A DNA stretch of 64,000 bases from Macrostomum lignano (lineage: Eukaryota). This document shows, one piece after another, positions 50,286 through 62,785 of this stretch. The notes beneath the pieces are model-generated. The model was not told the origin of the DNA. It saw only the letters and a list, made by a program, of their open reading frames with translations, and made no database searches. The DNA lies in the NCBI GenBank assembly GCA_002269645.1, contig NIVC01002059.1, positions 1 to 64,000 of the forward strand, given 5' to 3'. Each line of letters starts with the position of its first letter. The stretch's first letter is position 1. The position numbers and the translations under genes are program-made.

Positions 50286-50965
50286 ACTCAGCCTGGGTCC
50301 CTGTCTGACCCAGGCAGTAATTGAGCTTGAAATCAGCTGCTAGACACAGTCCCCCTTTTCCAGTAAGTGTCTGCATAGAAATGGCTTATTTTACTCGTAG
50401 GACATTCGTGTTAGCATTATTGATTATTGATTATACTACAAACGAGTACCTGAAATTTGCAGTAAACAATTTATCATTGATAATTGAGTAATGAATATTG
50501 TAATTATTGTCTACTTGCTTGCTTATAATGTGAAACTTCCAAATGTTTTGTTATCTATTCCAAAACAAAGCAAATGCACAGTCCAGTTCATATTCCGACT
50601 TCAGTGGCATATTCTTTCTATGATATCGTTAGTATTTTTATTCATTTTCTGCCATTCATTTTCTTTCTGGTCACAAGGCGCGTTGGTGTTATGGTTGCAC
50701 AGCCCTTGCTGCCGATTCATTCATTTACATGTGTATGAAGTCTATTGCACAGGAGATCGTCTCTCCTATTTATCAATCTCTGTTTGTCAATTATTCTCTG
50801 CTTCCTTGTGTCTGTGTTAAAACATAAGCGAGTTTACGAGTTGTGATTATTTCTTTATTACGCTCATATACGAGTGTATTCATATCCGGATGGAAAGTTT
50901 TGTTTGGTTTTGCGGCTAGGTTATTAGTTGCTTGAAATGCCTTGGCTGTTTAATACGGTACTGTA

Positions 50966-51190
50966 AACACGGCCACGCCCAGCCTCGATAACATCAATTC
51001 CTACCCCAATGTACACACGGCCACGCCCAGCCCCGATAACATCAATTTCTACCCCAATGTACACACGGCCACGCCCAGCCCCGATAACATCAACTCCTAC
51101 CCCAATGTACACACGGCCACGCCCAGCCCCGATAACATCAATTCCTACCCCAATGTACACACGGCCACGCCCAGCCCCGATAACACCAAT
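50966..51190. repeat. 48-bp minisatellite, ~5 copies
   Basis: 16-aa periodicity in the overlapping ORFs. Confidence 0.95.
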
Positions 51191-51689
51191 CGCTACCCGT
51201 AGAAGTGAAATCAACTTCCACCCTAGTTCAGTCAAATTAAAGTACGCAAAGTACTGTTATCTTTTTCCTCCGGGTATGCTTTGCTACACATATACACCAA
51301 GTTATATACACTTATCCTATTTTTGTCTTTGCTTTTTTGCTTCTTAACATTTGTTTTGCGACGCACCTTGTTGTGCGGGCTCCACCCTTTGACTCAGTTT
51401 ACTTTTGTGTAGAGAATATCGCGCTAAATAGATTGTTATTTGTCTTGTCGAGTATTGTGTTGTCGCTTGTTTCAATAAAAGTTGGTAATTACTATATTAT
51501 ATAATTGTGCCTAGAACAGATAAAAGTCGTTTTGTTTTGTTTCCCTTTTACCCTACATCAATTGTTGTAGTGGAAATGCGCAATCAGATCAGTTTTGCTC
51601 GCTTATTTTGTTCTTTTCCCACGATAGAACCTTTAATAAAACAGATCATTCACTGAATAATGAAGGGGTATCTAATTAAAAAATAATGT

Positions 51690-52800
51690 TCTAATGAGCC
51701 TCACCGAATAAGGAACCAGTGGCTCACTGAAGAGTGAAGTTCTAATGAGGCTCACTGAAGAATGAAGTTCTAATGAGGCTCACTGAAGAATGAAGTTCTA
51801 ATGAGGCTCACTGAAGAATGAAGCTCTAATGAGGCTCACTGACGAATGAAGTTCTAATGAGGCTCACTGAAGAATGAAGTTCTAATGAGGCTCACTGAAG
51901 AATGAAGTTCTAATGAGGCCCACTAAAGAGTGAAGCTCTAATGAGGCTCACTGAAGAATGAAGCTCTAATGAGGCTCACTAAGTAGTGCAGTTCTAATGA
52001 GGCTCACTGAAGAGTGAAGTTCTAATGAGGCTCACTGAAGAATGAAGTTCTAATGAGGCTCACTGAAGAATGAAGCTCTAATGAGGCTCACTGAAGAATG
52101 AAGTTCTAATGAGGCTCACTGAAGAGTGAAGTTCGAATGAGGCCCACTGAAGAGTGAAGTTCTAATGAGGCCCACTAAAGAGTGAAGCTCTAATGAGGCT
52201 CACTGAAGAATGAAGCTCTAATGAGGCTCACTAAGTAGTGCAGTTCTAATGAGGCTCACTGAAGAGTGAAGTTCTAATGAGGCTCACTGAAGAATGAAGT
52301 TCTAATGAGGCTCACTGAAGAATGAAATTCTAATGAGGCTCACTGAAGAATGAAGCTCTAATGAGGCTCACTGAAGAATGAAGCTCTAATGAGGCTCACT
52401 AAGGAGTGAAGTTCTAATGAGGCTCACTGAAGAATGAAGCTCTAATGAGGCTCACTGAAGAATGAAATTCTAATGAGGCTCACTGAAGAATGAAGTTCTA
52501 ATGAGGCTCACTGAAGAATGAAGTTCTAATGAGGCTCACTGAAGAATGAAGCTCTAATGAGGCTCACTGAAGAATGAAGCTCTAATGAGGCTCACTGAAG
52601 AATGAAGCTCTAATGAGGCTCACTAAGGAGTGAAGTTCTAATGAGGCTCACTGAAGAATGAAGCTCTAATGAGGCTCACTGAAGAATGAAATTCTAATGA
52701 GGCTCACTGAAGAATGAAGTTCTAATGAGGCTCACTGAAGAATGAAGCTCTAATGAGGCTCACTGAAGAATGAAGCTCTAATGAGGCTCACTGAAGAATG
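51690..52800. repeat. 28-bp minisatellite (TCTAATGAGGCTCACTGAAGAATGAAGT), ~39 copies
   Basis: Period 28 (51721, 51749). Confidence 0.97.
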
Positions 52801-53110
52801 TATTGTTTGAGTAATGAATAATTTAGAAGCATTGAATGAAGTAACTGTTGTCAGTGATATGCTGTTTTTGACTAAATTCAAACGCATCAACACCAACACG
52901 TTGTAAGTCACAATTTCGATGAATAGTTGTTTATTAGACAGCAATTGTATTAAACATATTGTGCATTATTTTTTAAAATTCACCTAATAGCACTGATTAA
53001 GTATGCTTGTAAGAAGTCAACGCCGGCTTCAGAATCAAACCAAGTGTCGGTTAAAAAGTCTAAAAGTCTGTTTTGATGGTGATGCAGTTTGTTTAAAATT
53101 TGCGTCTAAC

Positions 53111-54344
53111 TCAGTCGTACTCGGCTCCAATAGTGAGACTGAACACACCCGGCTCGTTGAAGGTAGCGTGATACCACTGGTTCGTGTCCACGTTGACTGG
53201 AATGATTAGTTAGTTTTTATTTAGCTAGCTTGGAAAGGTTAGAAATTATGACGCATAATGCAGCTATGCATGGTTTCACACGTGTTTCACGCATGTTTTA
53301 TCCAAGATTTCACGAACAAAACTTCTATAAAATTCTTATATCATTCATCAATGCTCTCAGGCCTGGCTTACATATGTCCCCGGGCTCCATCTGCACTCGG
53401 AGGGTCTGGCAGACGCTGGAACACTCGCTAGGCGGTTGAATCTCCCAAGTCTTGCGGCCCTTGATCAGGGCCTGCCAACTGGGTCGCAGAATGTGGTCGA
53501 GCTGCGTTTGATTAAATAGAGATATAGTGCATTGGTTGCTGCTTTTAAAAAGTCAACATTTCGTATTTATTGGTTTGAAAATGTTCCGATACAAGTCATA
53601 ACAGTTTTAGAGCTAACTCACATGCACCGGAGCCCCGAACTCGGCCGCCCCAATGAAGAACCAATCGAGCACGGAGCCCTGCACACCTAACGGCAGGTAT
53701 TGCGGCCAGGTGTAGTACTTCATCAACTCGTTGTGCACATTGTTATCCAAATTGCTCCAGCCGAAATAGTACGGCTGCTGCTGTCGCTCCTCGGACATGT
53801 GCAGCGCTTCGTAGAACGTCTGCAGCTCGATTCTGAATGGCAGGTAGCGGGCCCGGCGCTTCTGGGTCCGGTAGGAGTCCGGGTAGCGGTCGTACAGGTC
53901 CCGGAAGAATGTCAGGTTCCAGTGCTGCTTGGCTGGCCAGTCGCTGGCGGCGCCTTTCACCAGCACCGGCCGACCGGTGTAAGCGTAGAGCTCCCGGAAT
54001 CGAGCCCGGCTGATATTGGCTGGCTCCACTGGCACGGCGGTCAGGCCGGCGCAGACCCGGTCGCAGTTGGCTGGGTAGCGAGCGGCGTCAGACAGGAACT
54101 CTCCCGCGAAGATTAGACACGTTCCACCTGGCCGCAGGTGGCCCAAGCCGATGGCGGCCGCGTACAGTGCAACTACGATCACCGTCAGGATCGTCCAGAA
54201 GTTTGCCAGCAATGGACGGCGGCCGCGGCAGCTTCGGCTGTCCAACTCGGACAGGAGACGGGCTCGGTCGGCTGGCTGGAGAGCGAGCGCCTCCGATAGA
54301 AAGGCGGCCTGGGCGGCTTGCCGAGCTTCGGGCTTCATCTGCAT
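53111..54344 (-). CDS. Membrane-anchored JmjC/cupin-like 2OG-Fe(II) oxygenase, 3 exons, 312 aa
   Basis: Exons 54344-53622, 53501-53372 and 53196-53111 (939 nt, phases consistent). One TM (WTILTVIVVALYAAAIGLG), YAYTGRPVLVKGAASDW, DWFFIG..GAPVH|LDH (HxD), PSWQALIKGRKTW and WYHAT (distal His). Confidence 0.9.
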
Positions 54345-55397
54345 GGCTGTCTGATGCGCGCTTGTTCTTGCCCGAGCTGAGTCCTAGCTGGGCCAGCTTT
54401 TATCTTTCTCTCTTCTCACTCAACTATCAATTTGCATGCTACCAGAGTCTCTGTCTGCGCCACTGTCTCTGTTGTACATTTCTGCCATTGTGCTTGCTCG
54501 AGTCGTGTCTATTGTCTTGTACTGAGCAAGACATGCTTCCACTGAGTCAAAGCGCAACACAATGCGCACTCTCGGCGCATGCTCAGCGGATCACGTGCAT
54601 GTGCCCGACCGCCGTGTGCGTGCTCGGTGGTCCCAAGTATCTGGGTAAGGAAGATGAAAGACAGCATTTTGCCGTCGATCTGAGTCTATTTCGAGAGTAA
54701 TTATAGACATGCATTAAGCTAGGCTCATTCATTACATATCGTATCTCTGTAGAGCATCGTAAAGCTATACTAAAATGCCTTGTCCTGCTATCCAAACTCT
54801 TGATCTCACTAGAATGCATGTGTGTGTACGGCTATTGATACTCGTACATGTACGCGCTTTGAGCTTTCTATCCTAAGAGGAAAGATTCGGCATTTCAGAA
54901 TCGACCAAACCAGTCAAATGTTGGTTACGAGACAAGCGTCTAAAACTGTGCGAGAAATATTACTTAAACTTCAAACAGTAGCATATCCAACAAATAAAGT
55001 AATTTTGTAACTACACTCATTAGATTATTGCACGGTCTAAATCAGTGAGTGACTCAAAATACATGAAAGGCTTACAAATTACAATGAGTCAGTTTTGACT
55101 TAATGAGAAGCAAGTGCATAATGATGGCTGCATGTATATGTAACAGTAAGTACGTAAAGAGAAAGTCTGTACTAACAAAGCACAAGACTGTACCTTTCCA
55201 CAAGTTGAAAAAAACAGTAAACTTTTCAATGTACTATATACGATCGAATGCAATAGTGTCTATTTGCATTCGTGTCGGTCAGCCTTGTACCTGTCAGTTT
55301 GTACTTTTTTGTGTTTTTCTTCTAGTGACCGACTTAATGATTGAATTGCATAAACACTAAACAGTATTAAATAGTTGTGCAGGGGTCACAGGGGTAG

Positions 55398-56009
55398 AGA
55401 TGTGCAGTGGGTCTAGACGTGCAGTGGGTCTAGACGTGCAGTGGGTCTAGACGTGCAGTGGGTCTAGACGTGCAGTGGGTCTAGACGTGCAGTGGGTCTA
55501 GACGTGCAGTGGGTCTAGACGTGCAGTGGGTCTAGACGTGCAGTGGGTCTAGACGTGCAGTGGGTCTAGACGTGCAGTGGGTCTAGACGTGCAGTGGGTC
55601 TAGACGTGCAGTGGGTCTAGACGTGCAGTGGGTCTAGACGTGCAGTGGGTCTAGACGTGCAGTGGGTCTAGACGTGCAGTGGGTCTAGACGTGCAGTGGG
55701 TCTAGACGTGCAGTGGGTCTAGACGTGCAGTGGGTCTAGACGTGCAGTGGGTCTAGACGTGCAGTGGGTCTAGACGTGCAGTGGGTCTAGACGTGCAGTG
55801 GGTCTAGACGTGCAGTGGGTCTAGACGTGCAGTGGGTCTAGACGTGCAGTGGGTCTAGACGTGCAGTGGGTCTAGACGTGCAATGGGTCTAGACGTGCAG
55901 TGGGTCTAGACGTGCAGTGGGTCTAGACGTGCAGTGGGTCTAGACGTGCAGTGGGTCTAGACGTGCAGTGGGTCTAGACGTGCAGTGGGTCTAGACGTGC
56001 AGTGGGTCT
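55398..56009. repeat. 17-bp minisatellite (AGACGTGCAGTGGGTCT), ~35 near-identical copies
   Basis: Period 17; only one variant unit seen (CAATGG near 55881). Confidence 0.98.
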
Positions 56010-56814
56010 GCTAATATTTTAATACATGAATACTTTTAGCTAATATTTCGTGGATTATTTTCAACAGTCAATCACGTCACTCTCGCGTGCATACAAGATG
56101 AGTGCGTGAGAAGGTGACTCAGATTTGCAATCTTAAAAATTTCCTACCAACTGGGATCCAAGCTTAGAGTCTTAGACACTCGGGGTTGTTCTTTCTGTGC
56201 TCAAAACGAATTGTGTGAAATAGATTATACTATTATGCCTAGGGCAAGCCAAGGACTCTAGACGGTACAGATTGTATTGTGAGGGGGGAGATCGAGTAAG
56301 TTGAAAAAATCATCCCCGACCAAGATCTTTCATATCTGAGTGAGTCAGACAGCAGGCAGTGGGACTTAGTAGAGGGAGAGAGGGATATTAGCTTGTGAGG
56401 AGAGGGGATCACAAGAGGAAGGAGTGAAGCGGGCCTATGGGCTCGCAAAGTATGCAATGCGCGTTGATCGATTTCTGCGTATTTCTCTCTCTCTTTCTCT
56501 CTGAAAAGATTCGCTTCAAGCTCTCTCCGATACGTATGCGGACTATGCCCACTGCTCACGAGCTCTTGCTCCTAGTCTCGAAACTCAGACAGCAGATGCA
56601 GTCCCGGTTCGTACTCGACAGAGCTAGGGTAGGGGGGTTTGGGGGAGACCTGGAAGTGGTTTTGGTTGTAATTTTTGCTTTCGCTGGGAGGCTTTGGCTA
56701 GCGGTATTCCTGCTATAATCCTGCTCATAGGGTTAATGTAATAAAAAGTTCGACTAAAAATTGCTGGCGTACATTGTGACTGTACACACGTTTACCGATC
56801 GTCTGCCAAGAGAG

Positions 56815-57960
56815 TGGGTCACCGGCTAGACACCGGCTAGACAGGGGGTCACCGGCTAGACACCGGCTAGACAGGGGGTCACCGGCTAGACACCGGCTAG
56901 ACAGGGGGTCACCGGCTAGACACCGGCTAGACAGGGGGTCACCGGCTAGACACCGGCTAGACAGGGGGTCACCGGCTAGACACCGGCTAGACAGGGGGTC
57001 ACCGGCTAGACACCGGCTAGACAGGGGGTCACCGGCTAGACACCGGCTAGACAGGGGGTCAACCGGCTAGACACCGGCTAGACAGGGGGTCAACCGGCTA
57101 GACACCGGCTAGACAGTGGGTCAACCGGCTAGACACCGGCTAGACAGTGGGTCAACCGGCTATAGACACCGGCTAGACAGTGGGTCACCGGGTAGACAGT
57201 GGGTCACCGGGTAGACAGTGGGTCACCGGGTAGACAGTGGGTCACCGGGTAGACAGTGGGTCACCGGGTAGACAGTGGCTCACCGGGTAGACAGTGGGTC
57301 ACCGGGTAGACAGTGGGTCACCGGGTAGACACCGGCTAGACAGGGGGTCACCGGCTAGGCACCGGCTAGACAGTGGGTCACCGGGCACCAGCTAGACAGT
57401 GGGTCACCGGCTAGACAGTGGGTCACCGGGTAGACAGTGGGTCACCGGGTAGACAGTGGGTCACCGGGTAGACAGTGGGTCACCGGGTAGATAGTGGGTC
57501 ACCAGGTAGACAGTGGGTCACCGGGTAGACAGTGGGTCACCAGGTAGACAGTGGGTCACCGGGTAGACAGTGGGTCACCGGGTAGACAGTGGGTCACCGG
57601 GTAGACAGTGGGTCACCGGGTAGACAGTGGGTCACCGGGTAGACAGTGGGTCACCGGGTAGACAGTGGGTCACCGGGTAGACAGTGGGTCACCGGGTAGA
57701 CAGTGGGTCACCGGGTAGACAGTGGGTCACCGGGTAGACAGTGGGTCACCGGGTAGACAGTGGGTCACCAGGTAGACAGTGGGTCACTGGCTAGACAGTG
57801 GGTCACCAGGTAGACAGTGGGTCACTGGCTAGACAGTGGGTCACTGGCTATAGACAGTGGGTCACCGGGTAGACAGTGGGTCACCGGGTAGACAGTGGGT
57901 CACCGGCTAGACAGTGGGTCACCGGGTAGACAGTGGGTCACCGGCTAGACAGTGGGTCAC
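56815..57960. repeat. Compound minisatellite: 30-bp unit (GTCACCGGCTAGACACCGGCTAGACAGGGG) grading into a 19-bp unit (GGGTCACCGGGTAGACAGT)
   Basis: Direct reading. Confidence 0.97.
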
Positions 57961-59564
57961 TTGCTGTCACGGAAAAGCCAGTGTCACAACAAAAAGCCTG
58001 AATGTCGTAGAAAATTGCAGAAAGCATTCGCTGCATTCATTCGATCGGAAACAGCAGCAGCAGCATCTATTGATAGTATTCGAATCTGAATTAGCAACAA
58101 GTATACAACACAGCGGTGGGTTGGATTGGTGGCTGGCTGAAAACGAAAACTGCTACAAGCAAGGGGTGGCATCAGTTCTACATTCTTGCGATCACTGCTG
58201 CTAGTAAGCCTTGCTTACAGTCGGACAATAAGGATTTGGAATTGCTTCTTACGCTTCACTAAGACTGTTTCCTGTAATAATCCTGTCTGTTTCCCTTGCT
58301 TTTCTCTCTCACAGTCACAGTCTCTGGCTACTCTTCATTGCTCAGCCTTATTTGGCATTTCCAGTAAGCTAGCTGTGAACACTTCTGTGTGAACAGACAG
58401 ACACTCTGAGTACAGGCCCAACGGGCCCATGAGCCCGCGTGCACAAGTGTTGCAACTGCACTGTACAATAGCTGTTAAATGGCTTGGCATCAAGGCTGAG
58501 CAGCCAGCCCAGCAAGCACCTCAGAGTAATAAGAATGCATTATTAAAGCCCGTCCTTTTAGCTGCATGTTAGTCAGGTTAGTTCTACAATTCTACACCCT
58601 GAAAAATTACCATTGGGTTTACATGGGCTAAAGGGCTTGGTGAAAGAAAGAGAAAGCCGTGCTAAAAATCTTAGGCAATGCGGGGAGACGCAAGGGGGTG
58701 GCAGTGAGTGAAGGCAGGCAGGCGGGCAGGCAGCGGTTTCTAGATCAACTATGTGCGCAGCGAGACAAACCAACTGGAGGGTGGGGAGGGGCATATATGT
58801 GAGAAAGATTAAAGCGCTCCATGTGCTTGCTAAAACTAAGAGAGACAGGGGGGTTAGGGGGGCTAAGAGGGCGGGCGTGACTGTATCAGCTGATGATCAA
58901 GTCCAGCGCGGCGTGTGCACAAGCCATGTGCGCTACCAGTAGTAGGACCCCGTGTGGGGGGAGAGAGGGCCAGCCCTGACTGTCCAATCCGAGCGCGCCT
59001 GGCGAACAGCTGATTGACCGACTATTTCTCACCCCCACACACGCCACCGACCCCGCGGCACGGCCTGTCTGCCTGCCTTCTACTATAGTATAGGCCGTAT
59101 ATATATATTAGCTCGCCCTTAACAATTTGAGCCAGTTTTCCGGCAAACTATCTTTTTATATATGCCGTGTAATATGGCTTATCAGCATTATACTATAGGA
59201 GTTTGGCCTTGCCTCCCTGTCGGTAAGTTAATCGGTAATTAAAGCGAATGAAAGAGCAGCGCGAATAGCATTCGGCTGTGCAGCTCCGAATTGGGCATTT
59301 CGAAGCGATTTATATTATCGTGTTGCCATGGCAACATGGTTCCTGCTAGACTGGGAACCAGCGAGCTGCCTGATCAAGAGCTGCACGGCTTGTGCCATAG
59401 TCGCCAAAGATAGCCAATTAAAATTAATTCCACATCTTTTCTGATTCCGGTATAGCTAACAGCGTCTGGCAGAAAGCCAAGGACTGAATTAGTTTTTTGA
59501 AAAAATCCAGTACATACTGATAGTAGAGTGTAAAATCTGTCTCCTCTCTCGTATCTATTCCAAC

Positions 59565-61609
59565 CACAGATACTATAAACACTAGATAGGCCACTCAGGC
59601 TAATTTTCTGGGCAAGTTTTTTATTCTACTTTCTGCTTAGTAGCAATGAAAGGAAGCAACAGTATTATTTGCTAAATTAGACAAATCGAGTGACTGTTTT
59701 TAAGACATCGTTTTGCTAACGCCATAAACAACTAACTTGTTTTGTGCAGTAATGGTGTACATTAAGACGCGACAGACAGTGTGCAATGCCGCTATCTTTC
59801 AAAGTGGAGGAAGGGGGGTAGTCTGGAATAGGGTTAATATCAGTTTCGTATAAGGCAGGGTGAGTGGATCGATAATTTAGGCCTACTGGTGGTGGGATAG
59901 AAAATAAAGGACTGCACATAGCTAGCCTGGGTTAGGGGTGGGGTGGGGGTTGAGAGGTTGTGGGTTAGAAAATTTGGGGGTGGCGAATCGTGCTTAAATA
60001 CAAGCTTATATAGATGAACAGGACAAGAGTCAGAGTTAAAGAAAGTTCGAGTGCATACTAGCTTTTCTATCTAATCTTGTACTCGAGAAATGTTTTGATT
60101 CGAACCACTGCTGTGCTCCCACTTGCACGAGCTTTGTACTAGTGCTATTAACATCCGAGAAAGAAAAATCCGTTGCGAATGCATAAATTACCAAAAGATG
60201 ACACTGGCGAAGCGCTGGCAGCAGCTACTACAGGAGCGTGGATATTGATCTTTATAAACAATTAAATCACGGGGCCTCCGTGTGTTCAGCTTGCACTTTA
60301 TGGACGAGGCCTACTGCTGCCTTACAAAGTGCCACGGATGTGCAAGACATCTGTTTTCGCTGGGACGCAATCCCACACCAAGAGTTGATGCTGCCTCGGC
60401 TCGTTCAAATAGACCAGCTACCCTCTGTGCAAAGGACTGATAAACGATGAAGAGGCAGACGACATGTACCCTCCAGTGCTGGGGCCAATTAGCAATCTAT
60501 CTGCAGCCGAGCCTGCGACTTGCCTGCTGCCAGTGCTGTGGCAGAGCAACCTTCGGCTACCAGATTCTGCGCCGAGAACAGCTGTTGCGGCTGAAAGCTC
60601 TCACCTCTGCAGCCGATTCGCGGGTTCCAAGCGCTAGAGGCAAAGATCAAGCGGCTGCAGCAACGATCCCGAAAGTGACAGGCGAATCAAGCGGCTGCAG
60701 CGGCAATCCCGAAAGTGACAGGCGAATCAAGCGGCTGCAGCGGCAATCCCGAAAGCGACAGGCAAATCAAGCGGCTGCAGCGGCAATCCCGAAAGCGACA
60801 GGCAAATCAAGCGGCTGCAGCGGCAATCCCGAAAGCGACAGGCAAATCAAGCGGCTGCAGCGGCAATCCCGAAAGCGACAGGCAAATCAAGCGGCTGCAG
60901 CGGCAACTCTCGATGGTCAAGGCAAGTGCAGCGCAGTCGTGCATCCATGGACTGTGGAGGCGTGGCTAGCGCAGCTTCCAGCGGTCGACTGGGCGGCAGG
61001 GCGCTCGCAGTCAGGGGTGCTCTGGTCAAAGGATGTCATCTCATCAGCAGCTCATTGCAGCTGCACCACAAAAGTCCTGCTGCTTATCGGCTGCCTGTTA
61101 CGAAACCACTGAGGATTGGCTCCATCGGATACATCCCTGGACCTTGAAGTGGCGCATTCGCCAGTTTTTTTCATCTGTTGGGCCGTTCTGAATGCTGCCT
61201 CTGAACAAGGGCGACTGGCGACCCTGTTCTTCGACAGCACGCTGCGAGTTTCACAAACAGATGAGCTGATTAAGATGAGAAATCTTTCTATTTTGCTTCA
61301 CGAATATGGATTATGGAGTATATGATATAGCTCGTATTTGCTAAATATACAATAGTAGACTGCAATAATATAGCCTTCTATGCAATCTAAAGCATTCACA
61401 ATGTTGCTTTGAATTGTGGAAAGTATAATTATAAGTTTCTTTTTGCAAAAAATCAATACAATTGCTGCATTGCATTCATCTGTTTTTTTATTTTAAAAAA
61501 ATATAAATAACGCTAAAATGTTTTTACTACTACTAAGCAGAAAGTAGAGTAAACTGTCGTGTTGTGAAAATTAGCTGGAGTGGCCTATCTAGTGTTTATA
61601 GTATCTGTG
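59565..61609 (+). mobile_element. Non-autonomous P-element-superfamily DNA transposon, 2,045 bp
   Basis: TIRs CACAGATACTATAAACACTAGATAGGCCACTC..GCTAATTTTC, extending imperfectly to ~85 bp. Perfect 8-bp TSD ATTCCAAC (59557-59564, 61610-61617). Frameshifted THAP (CCAPTC, MHKLPKD, AKRW, VCS-LHF, RWDAIP; ~60100-60385) and transposase N-terminus (WSKDVISS-LQLHHKSPAAYRL-LRNH, RLATLFFD; ~61020-61235). Confidence 0.92.
60645..60905. repeat. 40-bp tandem repeat inside the P-element coding remnant, ~6 copies
   Basis: GAAAGCGACAGGCAAATCAAGCGGCTGCAGCGGCAATCCC; the reading frame cycles every unit. Confidence 0.95.
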
Positions 61610-62289
61610 ATTCCAACTTTCCCAGTACTCTGGAATTATATCGGTCCCGACAACGCCCAGAGGCCCCCCTAGGCACCGGTAGCTATTCAGCAAGTATATC
61701 GCAGACTGCTATATTATTGCATTGACAAAATCTGCATTCTGCTTGTATAGCAGGTCAGAGTGTTCTCGATAGTAAATAGCTGCCGGTAACTAGGGTCTCA
61801 GCGGACCGGCAAGCAACTTTGAACTCGATTCTGTTCCACTCTAAAGAGATTTTTTCCTTATCTTGCAGCTCGTGCCGCTTTTGTTTTGCTGCGTTTTCCC
61901 AGCCCCCCCCCCCCCGGTCGTGCGTTTTTTACTTCTGTATTCTGTTTCTATAGCCAGTTTTTATCGCATGTTGAGCTGCTTTTCCCCACGAGTGAAAAAT
62001 ATAATATTAAATAATAAGACTGTTTCGTTTGTTGTCTGTCCGACCAAGATAAACGGAAAATTACCACGCAGTCCGGAATGCATTGCATGCTTTTTGAGAA
62101 TAAGAAGCTATCGATCAAAAAGCGTTCCGAACGATGTCTAAGCGATGCGCAATGACTCTCCTATTTAAGCCGTCTACTGCATTTACAATCACTTATTCAA
62201 GTTTACCACACTCGCTACTACTGCAAGTAGTTTGTGGACAATTTGTGGACAACGATACGGTGTCAATGTTACAATATATCTGTTATGTA

Positions 62290-62489
62290 GAGGGGTCAGC
62301 AAACATTTTTAACATAAGGCCTGATGTAGCATGTGTGCACGACTGCGGCCTGCGAGGTAGAGAGGAGAGGAGAGGAGAGGAGAGGGAGATGAGAGGGGCG
62401 AGAAAGGGGTGGAGAGGTGAGAAAAGGGGAGACTGGAGACAAAATACAAACCTTAAGCGGGCCGTAATGTGAAGTTTCACGGACCCTTG
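62290..62489 (+). mobile_element. hAT-like MITE fragment, left end
   Basis: Begins AGGGGTCAGCAAAC; the internal block is shared with 36150-36322. Confidence 0.55.
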
Positions 62490-62565
62490 ATATAGTCTGT
62501 GATGCAATTTCAATCGAATGGACATTTTTAAATGCATTTACGTATTACAGGTTCAACCAACATCT

Positions 62566-62785
62566 TACTAGCGTCAAACCCTCCTATTAGCGTCAAACCC
62601 TCTTCTTGACGTCAAACCCTCTTATTAGCATCAAACCCTCATTTTAGCGCTTAACCCTCCTATTGGCGCCAAACCCTCCTCTTGGCGTCTAATCCTCTTC
62701 TTGGCACTCAACTTCATCTTGGCGCTCAACCAACCCTCCTCTTGACGCCCAACTTCATCTTGGCGCTCAGCTTCGTCTTGACGCC
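62566..62785. repeat. Degenerate ~20-bp repeat (GCGTCAAACCCTCCTATTA-like)
   Basis: Direct reading. Confidence 0.75.

Noticed and set aside
58750-59100. CpG-rich segment with GC and CCAAT-like boxes as a promoter
   Set aside because: No linked gene or transcript evidence in the window.
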